Shown: positions 13,601 through 25,282 of the stretch, piece by piece
How the letters are laid out: each line of letters starts with the position of its first letter
How positions within the stretch are numbered: position 1 is the stretch's first letter
Assembly: GCA_051294375.1 (NCBI GenBank)
Contig: CM119266.1
Location: forward strand, 4,772,573-4,836,572
Reading direction: 5' to 3'
Source: Paraspadella gotoi
Lineage: Eukaryota > Animalia > Chaetognatha
DNA length: 64,000 bases
Made by a program: the position numbers and the translations under genes
The notes under the pieces: model-generated
Database searches by the model: none
What the model was told of the DNA's origin: nothing
The model's input: the letters and a program-made list of their open reading frames with translations, nothing else

Positions 13601-14702
13601 GGTTCGGGAACCTTTGTAATTTCTAAATTATTAGTTAATAAATTGATATTTCAAACGTACTGATCGAAGGAAGTATATTGTATAAATAATTTTATTGATT
13701 TGGTGAGGGTTTGACAAAAGGTATAAATACGTAAAGAGGAAAAAAATAAATTAAACTGCTTTAGTTTAATATTTAAAATTAAATGTAAAACTGCTCTACT
13801 TCAGCTCCCTCACCTCCTGGCCACGGCGGCGACCCGACTCGGCCTTCTAAGATTATTGGGCCAAACCTGCGTCACTATATTACTTGCAGGTAAAACATGA
13901 TCGAACGGTGATTGTTCATTTGTCTAAATTTAGTATCGATCCTCTTTAACTGACATTCTCTCTCTCTCTCTCTCTTTCCCTCTCCCTCTCTCCCTCTCTT
14001 TCCAGTGGCCGGTATGGCTTACCCATCTCTATTCAGCGCCGTCTATTTTCTCACGTTTCTTGGTGCCATCACGTGGTGGTCTTGCTACAAACCGCTCGGC
14101 AAGAAGTTCGTCCTTGTGCAATGCGCGTTGCTGGTCTACGCCGCTTTGCACCTCATCATACTCTACCTCTTTCAGTTTCCCTTCTTTCAACAGTTTGCAC
14201 TGAAGAGCAGCAACTTTTGGGCCAGGTGAGACTGAGGGCCAGGCTACAATTTATCACTCCTGTTTGAATTAGATCACATAATATTGTCCTAATATCGGAA
14301 TTCGATGTTAGTTAGCTAATTCGATGTTTATGTGAGCGCCATTTTTCGATTATGCAAGAAATTAAAATAATACTACACTTTAGTCTAAAGTTTAAAGAAA
14401 GTTTTTTGTTTGTTCCAATATGGTGGGTACTTACTTTGAATACGTTTAACAGTTTATTTATCAAGTCAAAACCAAACTGTTTTAAATGCAAATTGAATTT
14501 TTGTGAAAAACTTTCTCTCTCTCTCTCTCTTTCTTTCAGACTCCTCGGTCTAACAGGCATCCTGGAGTGGGACTGCGCCGAGCCGTGGCATCCATCTTTC
14601 AGCGCCTCCGTCACGTGGCCCGCCCTCGTCAACCCCGGCGTCATTTTCGTTCTTTATTACGCGACGGCGCTCAACCTAAGACTCTGGTTCTGTAACCCTC
14701 AG
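10651..14702 (+). CDS. PIEZO: Piezo mechanosensitive channel, 5' partial (exons 1-8, ~419 aa, N-terminal blade TM helices); exons 10651..10714, 11302..11466, 12023..12162, 12958..13094, 13319..13601, 13805..13889, 14006..14225, 14540..14702
   Basis: Phase-consistent GT-AG chain giving LLFRVLVPLVLLSAAALRYNLLSLVYGLCL, TGRYLKAIV, LRLVVPDVVVF, AGMAYPSLFSAVYF, LHLIILYLFQF, WARLLGL and VNPGVIFVLYY, all resembling the Piezo N-terminus. The 64-nt first coding exon with a phase-1 intron matches human PIEZO1 (from memory). In-frame ATGs also at 10630 and 10645. Confidence 0.9.
10857..11246. mobile_element. Foldback/MITE-like element with 25-bp TIRs and inverted TTAGGG-like arrays in Piezo intron 1
   Basis: tggggttaattttaccttctccgac versus the reverse complement of gtcggcgaatataaaattaagccca (21/25 match). 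GGGTTAG-rich left arm and CTAACCC-rich right arm. Confidence 0.55.
13141..13312 (+). repeat. 30-bp minisatellite, ~5.7 copies
   Basis: Unit caaattgccatctctttccccggcgccatt; ends just before the Piezo exon 5 acceptor. Confidence 0.9.
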
Positions 14703-15315
14703 GTGGGAATTAGTACTACTAATGTTAATATTATTAGTTAACGTTTTGTTTGATTTCGATATGAAATTGGCACAAAAGTTATAAGAGGGATTGAGGCTTA
14801 AAATAGCTTGCCCAATGTCCACCTTCATGTTCTAGATACGTAGCTTATTTATTAACTAAATCGATATTTTTCATATTGGTCGTCCTAATTTCATAACAAA
14901 ATCTTGCAGGATTTATGTAGCTTAAAAATCTTTTGTTTTCTTTGGCTGACTTAAACAGATTCAAAGCTGCCAATAATACTAATATTGATATATTTTTTTT
15001 ATTATGGTGATGTTTTCTTTAATATTAACTTAATTATTAAATTATTAAATTATTATTAAATTATTAAAATTATTATTATTAAATTATTAACTCCTCAAGT
15101 TAATGAATCGACTGATGCCTTTCTCGACCAATAGAAATCTTTTATGATTTCTATTGGCTACTGTAGATTTAACGAGGCTATTTTAAGTATGTATATATTC
15201 TGTTTTGTATTAACCTCTTAATATTTTTTTTTCGAGGCACCGTCGTTATTTTTGGTTTCCTACCAAAACAGAAAAGTGGTAACTCATAAATATTTCATCG
15301 ACGAATGTTTCTTCC

Positions 15316-15595
15316 TTTTTTAGTTGCGCCGCGAGTACTTCGGAGCAACTCTATAAGTCACTTGTCGGTCGGTCTGTTCCACTTAGGTTAAAAATAAATA
15401 TAATTCGCTTATAGTTGGTTGTTCATTTGTTAAGACAGGAAAAACCTCAAATCTAAGGGACTTCTAGCGCCGCCTTCATAAATACAAAGGCTTAAAAAGT
15501 TTTTTACTCGTGTCATGTCATCTCATGTTATCAAAGGGAAATATACGTGAAAATAAAGTCACTGCGACGCAACACATTGGAATCACCGTTCTTGT
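15316..15595 (+). mobile_element. Non-autonomous Helentron/HINE (DINE-like) repeat, family B, copy 1
   Basis: T-tract + AGTTGC...GCAACT hairpin, GTCG/GTCT microsatellite, CATGT repeats, terminus CCGTTCTTGT. Four related copies in the window. Confidence 0.6.
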
Positions 15596-18469
15596 TTTGA
15601 GAGAGACAGACGGACACACAGAGAGAGAGTGACCAAGCGAGAGCAATCTCTTCTCAGTTATTCTATTTATTTCTTAAGAATCATCTAGTAGACAGAGTGT
15701 GAGACAGAGAGAGAGAGAGAGAGTGAGAGAGTAGACTTAGGATTCACCTCATATTGCTTTTTCCTGCAATTTCTCTTTGAAACCTTTTGATCTTTTGCCC
15801 CCTTTGTTTTTCCGTTTTCTCATTATTTCCTTTGTTTTGCTCTTTTGTTTTCTGTCTTTGATTTTTCCCAATTTATCTCCTCTCCCATTTTTCTTCTCTT
15901 ACCCCCTCTTTTTCTTTTCCTCTCTTTTCTCCTCCTTTTCCTCATTTTCCTATCTTTTCTCTTCTCTTTCCTATCTTTTCTTCTCATTTTCCTATCTTTT
16001 CTCTTCTTTTTCCTATATTTTCTCTTTTTCCTTTATTTTATCCTCTTTTTCTTTCTATTCTTTTATCCGTTTTAAGTTTTCCTTCATTACTCTTTACTTT
16101 CAATTCCCCCATCCCAAGCCGTTCCCCCTTTCGTTCCTTTGTTTTCCCTTTCTACCTATAATTTATGGTTCTCTCTTTCTCTTTCTTTTTCTCCATATTA
16201 TTTTTATTTTACCTTTGTTTTTTTTTTTCAAAGTAGTTTCTTTCTCTTGATATGTACTCTCTCTCTCTCTCTTTTATTTCTTCGCAATCTTTTTTTTCTC
16301 TGACGCAGCGAAAGAGAGTGAGACAGAGACAGAGAGACGCATCGAAAACAATTGCAGAGTTTCGGAGGAACAAGAAACATTTATGGTGCCCATATTTTTT
16401 GACCGCCCCTCCCTCCCCCCCCAAAAAAAAAGAACACGTGAACCTCGCAGGTTCTGACAAACTCATTTCGTGAGAGATTTATTCACAGGGCGTGAGTTCC
16501 GCCATCTTGACGAAGAAAAAAAGTGAATACATAAACGAAAAAGAGAAAAGGTCGGTCAGTCGGTCTGCTATACAAACGTAAACGTCACATTCATCATGAG
16601 GCAAAGAGGTGGGGGGGTATAGGGGGGTGTTGAGAATCGGGTGGGTGAATCACCGGTTAAGCCGAGATACTCTTTCTGTTTAAAAGAAGTATTAAAAAGG
16701 GAAGGGACGAGATTGAGAGAGAGTGAGCGAGTGAAAGTGAGTGCGAGGAGGAGAGAGAGAGAGGGAGTGATAGTGTGAGATTGAGAGTGTGAACGAGATA
16801 TTAAGAGCGAGAGAGAGAGCGATAGATACACCACGAGGGCGAAGGAACGAAAAAGCTTTTTCGTTTGGGAGAGAGAGAGAGAGAGAGATTGTGCTATTTT
16901 TAGCGATTTTCTTCTTCCTTCCCGAACGCATCTTTTTTTTTTAATTTTTGCGCATTTGGAAATTTTGTTTTTTTGTTTTGTTTTTTTTTTTGCATTTTTT
17001 ATCGGCGATTGTGCGTTGTTTTGTTTAATGTTTTGTCGTCATCTGAAAATAAAGAATATTTAAATGTTTTCCGATAAAAAAAATTACTTTTTTTTAGTTT
17101 CTCTCTCTCTCTTTCTCTCTCGCATGATTAATTATCTGAGCCTTTTTTTTCTCTTTCTCTTTCCTTTTTCGTCTCGTTATCGCGTTTTCCTGTTTGCCCT
17201 CTCACTNNNNNNNNNNCTCTGTCTCTCTCTTATCAAGTCAAGCACAAGATCCCCTCCCAAGCGCCCCCCCTCTTCGATGCTGGAAGCGAAGAGTCTCCTA
17301 ATTTTTTTTCACGACCCTTCGTTTCCTTTCCTCTGTTTTCTCTTTCCGTTTTCTCTGTTTTCTCTGTTTCTCGTTGCTTTTTTTCGACGCGCCCTTCTGC
17401 GGTTTCTCTTCCGTTCGACGTCTTTTCGGGCGTCAACCGAGTTTCTTTAATACAAAATTGTAATATTAGACAATATTAGACATAGACATTAGACATAATA
17501 TTGAACAATAATGTTGCGACGTTGAACAATTCAATACCGAGAAACTTGCGTAGTATTTTGGACAGAAAAGTGTAAAAAATAATTCGTGTATGTCATACAT
17601 TTTTAAATCTAAAAACGTAAAATATTCCAACATGTAATTTTTTCAATTTTTCATAATAATACAGAGCAAAACAACTAGCTTCCCCCCCCCCGAATCCAAT
17701 TGAAAACGGCGTGTACTACACGAGGGGGACGTAACTTTTCTGCAACGTTTGTAAACACGTCGACTCCACTCTCTCCCTCCATCCTCTCCCGCCCCTTCGA
17801 AAAGCGGAAAAGAGAGGGAGACGCCCCGACAGACGGACCGACCGACTCGTGTTTACATTTAAATGGCGACGTTAAAAAATCCATAAAACTCTAGGAAACG
17901 TCTGATGTGTTGTCGATATTTTCGTTTTTATTGACGCCGAAAGCGGAATAGCGTCACCTTCGGTTCAAAGAGCCCGAAGTTGCTTTTTTTTGTGGGGGGG
18001 AGGGAGGGGGGTGTAGGGGGGAGAGAGAGATCGTGGAGATGGAGGGGCGATGTTTTGAGTACATTAATTGGAATTTTGAAAGCTGTGAAATTACAGGGAT
18101 GTTGCAAACTATTGACTGTGAAAAACTGGGATTATAAGCACATAGCTTCGTATGAAATTGGTACAACCAATATAAAAAGTATCCATTTATTCTATAAATA
18201 ATCCACGTTAATAGAAAATGAGTCGCAAAAAAAACCCCAAAAAAACCTCAGTTTCGATTTCTGAGTCAAAAACGTCAAACGTCACAAAATCTTTGTGAGA
18301 ATTTGGATTCTATTTTTATCTCGGTTCAACTGACTTGAGGTCGAAGAGTGAGAGGAGGCCAATGTCCTTTAACGAGTAAACATCACCGACCATCGACGGT
18401 TTTCACAACTGGGGCCATCTAATCACAACTTCACATCTCGAGCATCTTTTTAAAAGATCCTTAACATCT

Positions 18470-18730
18470 CCAAATGCTTACCATCTCCAGCACCTATTCC
18501 CAGTAACACACCGCCCAAAACCATCTTCAGGACCAAGCCAACTCCAGCACCAAACAGTCTCCAGCACAAAACCATCTAGCACCATGCAATCTCCAGCACC
18601 TTTCCAACTTTAGCCCCTTATCTACTACAGCCCGTTACCACCTCCAGCCTCTTACTAACTTCAGCACCTTACTAACTCTAGCAGCATACTAAATCCAGCA
18701 CCATACCAACTCCAGCAACTTACCACCTCG
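18470..18730 (+). repeat. Degenerate ~20-bp tandem repeat (accaactccagc)
   Basis: Recurring ctccagcacc / ccatctccagc units. Confidence 0.7.
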
Positions 18731-18986
18731 TTTTCTCTCAAGGAAGCGTTTTATGGGGCCCGTTATTCAGAGGGCTAAAAGCGGCGGCGTCGTCGTCGTC
18801 GTTTTTGGAGCTAATCCATCCAATTTCTTTCTCTACGAACTCTCTCTCTCTCTCTCCCCCTCTCTCTCTCGACTTTGGCGGAGAGAGAAAAAACTTTTCT
18901 GGCATCAAGGACATTGAGATTATAGTCAGGAACGCTGAGGTGGTTCCTTGCGACACTTTTGTTTGTTGATATTTGATAAGTAAAAT

Positions 18987-19338
18987 AACAAGAACGGTAA
19001 TTCAAATGTGTTGCGCAGCAGTGACTGCCTTATCACGTGTATTTCTCGTGACATGACATGACTACATGACTACAATAATTTTCTTAACCCGTGCATTTAT
19101 GACACGCACTGCATCGGAATTTCGTCTTTTGCTCTTTATACAATATACATAGTATTAAAATTTCCTAAAGGCGGCGGTAGCAGTCCCTTAGATTTGAAGT
19201 TTTTTCCTGTCTTAACAAATGAGCAACCAACTATATGCATTATGCAAGTTATGAGCATTTTCAATGTAAGTGGAACACACTGACAAACCGACCAAAAAGT
19301 GACTGTTGCTCCACGAGAACTCGCAGTGTAATTAAAAA
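18987..19338 (-). mobile_element. Family B repeat, copy 2
   Basis: Reverse complement of copy 1 (acaagaacgg...tgtgttgcgcagcagtgact...ccttagatttga...gtcttaacaaatga). Confidence 0.65.
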
Positions 19339-19759
19339 TATAACATTCATGTTAGTTGTTACTACGTTTTACATGATCCACTTTTTAACAGTTGACTGAA
19401 CAAACACCAAGCGATTGTAAAATACTGATTACAGTAGATAAAAAATTCCTGTCAATATTACACTAAATACTTTAAATAAAAATAAATTTAAACCTTTGTT
19501 CACCAATAATATAACAAGTTATCTTAGTGAAAATATCTAAAATAGAGAGAACAGTTAAAAAAATTCTATACTGTGATTTGAAAATTTTATAATTCATCTA
19601 ATTTAATTTAATAAAGGGTAAAAAAGAAAAAGATAAGGTAAAAATAATAGGAAATAAAGAATGATAGAAGATTAAGAGATAAAGAAGGAAGTAAGGTAAA
19701 CATAATCCAAATAAAATGATATTTAATCAAAAATACAGTTGACTGCTCAAAACTATATC

Positions 19760-19792
<33 letters not shown>

Positions 19793-20025
19793 TATAGGGT
19801 CGTTGAATCAAATCGACTCCCAACGTTAGTAGCGACCCTTTTGAGTTTTCCCCTTCGGCGAAGTGTATTGTCTATCCAATTGTCTATCCAATCTTTGCCA
19901 CTTACGATTTGTTTTGACGGTTTTATGGAATCGGTGCCGACTGCGGCGTGAGGGAGAAGAGTGAGACGATAGAGGCAGAGACGATAGAGACAGAGATGAT
20001 CGAGACGGAGACGATAGAGACAGAT

Positions 20026-20103
20026 CATCGGATTTTGAGTTTTAATTTATAATGATTTTGTTTCGAAACAAAATCATTATGAATTAAAACTCAAAATCCG
20101 ATG
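20026..20103. repeat. 78-bp spacer-less palindrome (39-bp arms, 1 mismatch)
   Basis: catcggattttgagttttaatttataatgattttgtttc|gaaacaaaatcattatgaattaaaactcaaaatccgatg. Confidence 0.9.
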
Positions 20104-20211
20104 TTATTCCATTGAAAGTGTCTATCTTTAGCTATTGTATGTATGCATTATAAATTGAAAGGGTAAATTTATCAAGTCGTTAAACTAATTTTTTTGAATT
20201 TTTGAAACAGA

Positions 20212-20502
20212 TTTTTGGTTGCACCACGATTACTTGCGGAGCAACTCTATAACTCACTTTTATAAGTCACTTTTCGGTCGGTCTGTCGGTCCGTCCCACT
20301 TAAAAATGTTACGTGAATGCTAGCGCCGCTTTCAGGAACTCCTAAAACTATAAAGAACAGAACACGAAATTCCGATGCAGTGTGTCATAAATACACGGGC
20401 TAAGAAAATTATTGAAGTCATGTCATGTCACGTCATGTCATGAGAAATACATTAGATAAGGTAGTCACTGCGGCGCAACACATTTGAATTACCGTTCTTG
20501 TT
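20212..20502 (+). mobile_element. Family B repeat, copy 3
   Basis: ggttgc...gcaactctataa, gtcggtctgtcggtc, gtcactgcggcgcaacacatttgaattaccgttcttgt. Confidence 0.65.
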
Positions 20503-20571
20503 AAGTTGTTATATTATGGATAAGTTAGAGAAAACAGTGTTTTTGAATTTGTTAAAATGATTTATTTTAAT

Positions 20572-20618
20572 AGACGGACATGTTTCGACTCTTTGGGTTC
20601 GAATCTTCATCAGCATTT
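20572..20618 (-). ncRNA. Minimal type I hammerhead-ribozyme-like motif (Penelope-LTR style)
   Basis: Minus strand reads aaaug CUGAUGA a GAUUC gaacccaaa GAGUC GAAA CAUG UC cgucu, then auuaaaauaaa. Stem I is weak. Confidence 0.5.
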
Positions 20619-22843
20619 GAAATTCACAAACTTTTCAGTTTTCATTGACTTTGGAGAGAGAGAAAGAAGGAGAGAGAGATTGAGAGAGAGAGAGAGAGAG
20701 CTTCCAACAAAGAATTGAGTAAAGGACAGTGGTCAGATGTGAGGACAGGTGAAAGTGAGGGAAAGGAAGGAGAGTAAGTAAATGTCAAATTTGGTGAAAA
20801 GAGAGAGAGAGAGAGAGAAAGAGACAAAAATTAATACATTTGGTAATGTACAACAGTGAAAAAGAAATAAACTAAAATAAATAACAAAGATTAATAAATA
20901 ATTGTTTGTGAAAATTGGAGATTTGAAATAATGAAAAATTGAAGAATTGAAATTTGAAATGGAAGAATAAATTATGAGGGATAGATAAGAAGCAGGGCAA
21001 ATGAAGGGCGTTAACAATGGGCTCGGGTCATTGGCTTGTAATGTGTTGAGAGGATATTGTGGTGGAGTGGGAGAGGTTGGGATCTGGCAAGGATCCTGCT
21101 GGAAATATGCCAAGCGCCACTCGAATATCTCTGACCTGATAAGCCTGCCGAGAGCCCTCTCACCTGACGGTGAGGCGGGCGGTTGCCTGTTCGGGCCTGT
21201 TTAGAAACAGGAGATACAGACTCCTCTCCCTCCTCCTGCAGCCGTCGCTTTGGGCGGCGCTCAGTACGAGGAGAGTCGTACCAAGATGCTGTAGGGTCGG
21301 GAGAGGATAAGTTGCTGTATAATTTACACAATGCAAGGCAGGTGTTTGATATTTTAAATTGAAATTGAAAGAATCCGGTTAATGACCTTAAATATTATCT
21401 TTTATGGTTCTCGTTAATATTTTTGAAAATCCAAGGTTTGAGGTCATGTTTGCTTAGACAAATAGACATGTTAGATTAAAAATTATATTATGAATTAGTC
21501 GATCTCAGCCTTCATTACAAAAAAAAAGTTTAAAAGGGACGGCGGTTATTCGATAATCGGGCAGTTTTCCTCGGGAAAACGTTGGCGGGCAGTTGGTGTC
21601 TGCCGGTTTGTCGGGCAGTAAAATGTCGGGGGGGGGTTGTAGGGCAGTTGTCGGTCGACGTTTACCTCTTTGAATCGAAAGGCCACCTGAGACTCATAAT
21701 CCCCTTTGGAGATAGGAGAGATCGACAGAGAGATGAGGAGGAGGTGCGGGGGGGGGCTGTTAGGATTGGTGATTGGTGGACGAGAAGGGATCAAGGTTGG
21801 AGATTGAGGTGTGTTATAGAAGTGTGTGTGTGATCAATCGTTTCATGGATTTATGTGTGGGAAGTTGAAGGCTGGACAGGAGATATAGACTAGAAGTAGA
21901 GGGAAGTTACTGGAGGCTTTTTTATACTTTTCATCTTTTTATCTTTTACCTTTATCTTTTTATTTGGATTATGTTTACCTTTTTTCCTTCTTTATCTTTT
22001 TTGATCTTCTATCTTTTTAATTTCCTGTTATTTTTACCTTTCATCTTTTTTTTTTTACCCTTTATTTTTTAATCTTCTATCATTTTTACCTTTTCATCCA
22101 TTTTTATTCCACCCAGCAATATCGATCGGTTGCGCGTGAAAAAGGGATTTTTATCTTTTTTTCCCCAGGAAAACCGCAACGCGATCCGCAGTTGATGCCG
22201 TAAAAGGAAACGAGCGGCAGAGAATCTTCTCTGCCACTCTGGAGTTTTTAAACGAGAAATCATTTTTATAAGGCTTTAGCGAGGAGTAAGGAAAGCCAAT
22301 AAATATTGATTAGCGTTTATGGAAAAACCATCATTGGATGTGGAAAAAAGAAGCGGAAGATGGAATCGAGGAGAAGGAGGTCGTTGTTATCTTGGTTGCC
22401 ATGGTTATTGTTGTTCTTCTTAGTGCTTTTCGGTTCTTGGTCGTTTGCTCGTTCTTTATTTTGCCGTTTTTTCGTTTTGTGGTTTTTACGTTTTTTAAAT
22501 TTTTATCTTGGTTTCTTGTTCTTCTTTTGTGTTTTTGTTGTTTTTATCAGTTTTTTTCGATTTTGGTTATTTTTGTTTTAGATTCTAGATTCTTTTTTTT
22601 TTCTTTTAGTTATTTTATTGTTCTTTCTGTTTTCGTCTTCTTCCTCTTTTGTCTCACATATTTTATTCAAAGTTCAAGAGGTAAGTTATTTTCCTTTCCT
22701 CACCATTTTTTTCCATCTTCCTATTTTTACTCCGCGGAGCAAATAATTCTATTCACTCTTCTTATTTTCCAACTATCGGAATTTTTTTCTCTCTCTTTCC
22801 ATTGTGTTGACCATAACCTTGGAATTGGTCATAACCTTTCTTT

Positions 22844-22907
<64 letters not shown>

Positions 22908-24558
22908 TCCCACACCGGAGATCTTTTATTCATGGATTTTTTCTGTTTTATTCACGTTTGAACGTAGAGAGGAGTTATTTTACTTTTTCTCATTTTTTTA
23001 TGTAATAAAAAGTTTTATTTCTCCTTTCTTCCTTCAATCACCTTTTCACTGTCTACCCCCCCCTCTTTCCGCCTCTCGATGGAACTTTGGAGAAATCTCG
23101 GGTGACAGAAAAGGGGGCGTGGAGTCAGTTTTGAGTTTGACGAATGAATTTGCGAGAAGTTTGAATCAAAAAGTCGAAAAATCATGATTGATTCTTTCAC
23201 AGAAAATATTTTCGATATTGGCAACTCATTTTTATACATAGATACCGTCGGTATTTCTGCAAAAATAATAAAAATTATATATTTTCATTCTTTAGTAAAT
23301 TTTGCATATAGAATCTGGCTAATAAACCGAGATGCGAATTTTAAAACCTGCGATTCGCTAAAAGAGTAAAATATACTAAAGAAGAATCCGTCATTGATTT
23401 CATAGTAGAAAAAAAAAATTTAATAAAAATTTCTTTCTATTTCTTTGATGCCAATTTCAGAAATATAAAGCGTTTTAGCCAACGTTTTGTTGTTTAATAC
23501 GATTCAACAATTTTGTCAGCAATTTCATCACTGCCACTGATGACAAAAGATCTTATCTAATTCGTAATAACTATCTTTATTAGTAGTTATCGTATTTATA
23601 GTATTATTAGGAATTAAGTTTACACCTAATGCTTATTCTGAAGTAACTTAAATACGTAATAAAAAAGGATGCGCATTGCGCATCTTAAAAAGTTTTCAGT
23701 TCAAATTTCTTTTGGTTTTTTTTATACCATGAGCTTTCACAAGATTAGAACCTTTTCACAAATCCCGATCAGTGGCCTGATTAGCTTACCATCGTTATCC
23801 CCATTTCCACACTCGCTTTCAACTTCAAAAATAAATCGATTTTATTTTTGAATTTCGCCGACGTCTTTTATTTTCGGTCCGAACGCCGTCGAGAGAAATA
23901 AAAAAAAGTAATGCACTCTGAAAAGAAACTCCCTCAAGCGGTCGAATGATGAATATAGAAAATCGGTTCTAGTCCCCGGTCCCCTTCCCTTGCCTCCCAT
24001 CCCCCTCCCTTGCCTCCCATCCCACGTAAACAACATTTTTCATATCGAATCATATTTTTCTTCTTATTCTCTTTTTAACCTTTTTTTTTATTGTGGTTCC
24101 TTTTCTCACACCTTTATTTTTCTCTTTTCTTTTTCCTTTTTTTCCCCTTTTTTATTCACGCCTACCAATCTACCGGATTATTTTCTTTTCCCTCATTCTT
24201 CGACCTGCGCCGCCGTTACTGCTACGGATTTGCCGCCGCCGCCGGCCGGTTTCTTAATCACGTCCTTTTGTCTAACGCTGCTGATATAAAAAATTAATTG
24301 CCGCATCTCAAATGCAATACCATCAACCTGACCCCGATTCTTTTTTCATTACCGCATCCGTGTTCCTGCTTGCGCTCATTCCTTCTTGCTGCACCTTCGC
24401 CCATTTTCCCTTGCTGCATCTCCCCTTTTTGCTGCATCTCCCCCTTTCTTCCTCCCTGCACTTCATTGTTGCATCTCCGCTTTGTTTACTTGCTGCATCT
24501 CCCCTTTCTTCCTTGCTGCACCTCATTGCTTCACCTCCCCCTGCTTATCCTGCTGCAG

Positions 24559-25246
24559 CTGCCTTTGATCGCCGCCGTTTGCAACTCTCGTTTCTTTCTG
24601 GCGGCGATCCCGGTGGCGCTGCACCGGCGAGCGGCGACTGCGGCATCTTCTATCGGACGAGGTTAGAGTTTGTTATCCTCGCGATTCAATTCTTTTTTTT
24701 CTCTTTTTTTCTTTTTTCTTTTTTTTCTTCCTCTTGAGACGTCAATCGCCTTTCATTCGCGAGTTCTTTTCTCTCTTTTCTCTTCTTTTCTTTTTCTTTT
24801 CTTTTCTTTCTATTCTATTCATTCTATTCTATTCTATTCTATTCTCTTCTCATTCTATTCTATTCTATTCTATTCTATTCTATTCTATTCTCCGTTCTTG
24901 GCCTTTCTTTCCCTTCCTTTTTCCTATTGCCACAGACTAGTATACTTTACCAATGTATCATTTCATTTATTAATCATTTTATTATAACATTTTATCCATT
25001 TCTGTTCGTTTTCCTATTTATTTCACTCTTTTGTCTCTTTTAATCGCATTATCACTACTAGTACTAGTACTACATTCTCATTTCAATTTCTCTCTCTTAT
25101 CTTTCTGTCTCTCTCCGTCTTCCTCCCTTGATTTTTCTCTCTCTTCCTCTCTCTTTCTCTCTCTCTCTCTCTTCCTCTCTCTTTTTCGCTCTCCCTTGCT
25201 CTACCTCTTTCTTTCTCTTCTCCCTTGTTCTCTCCCTGTTCTCTCT

Positions 25247-25282
<36 letters not shown>

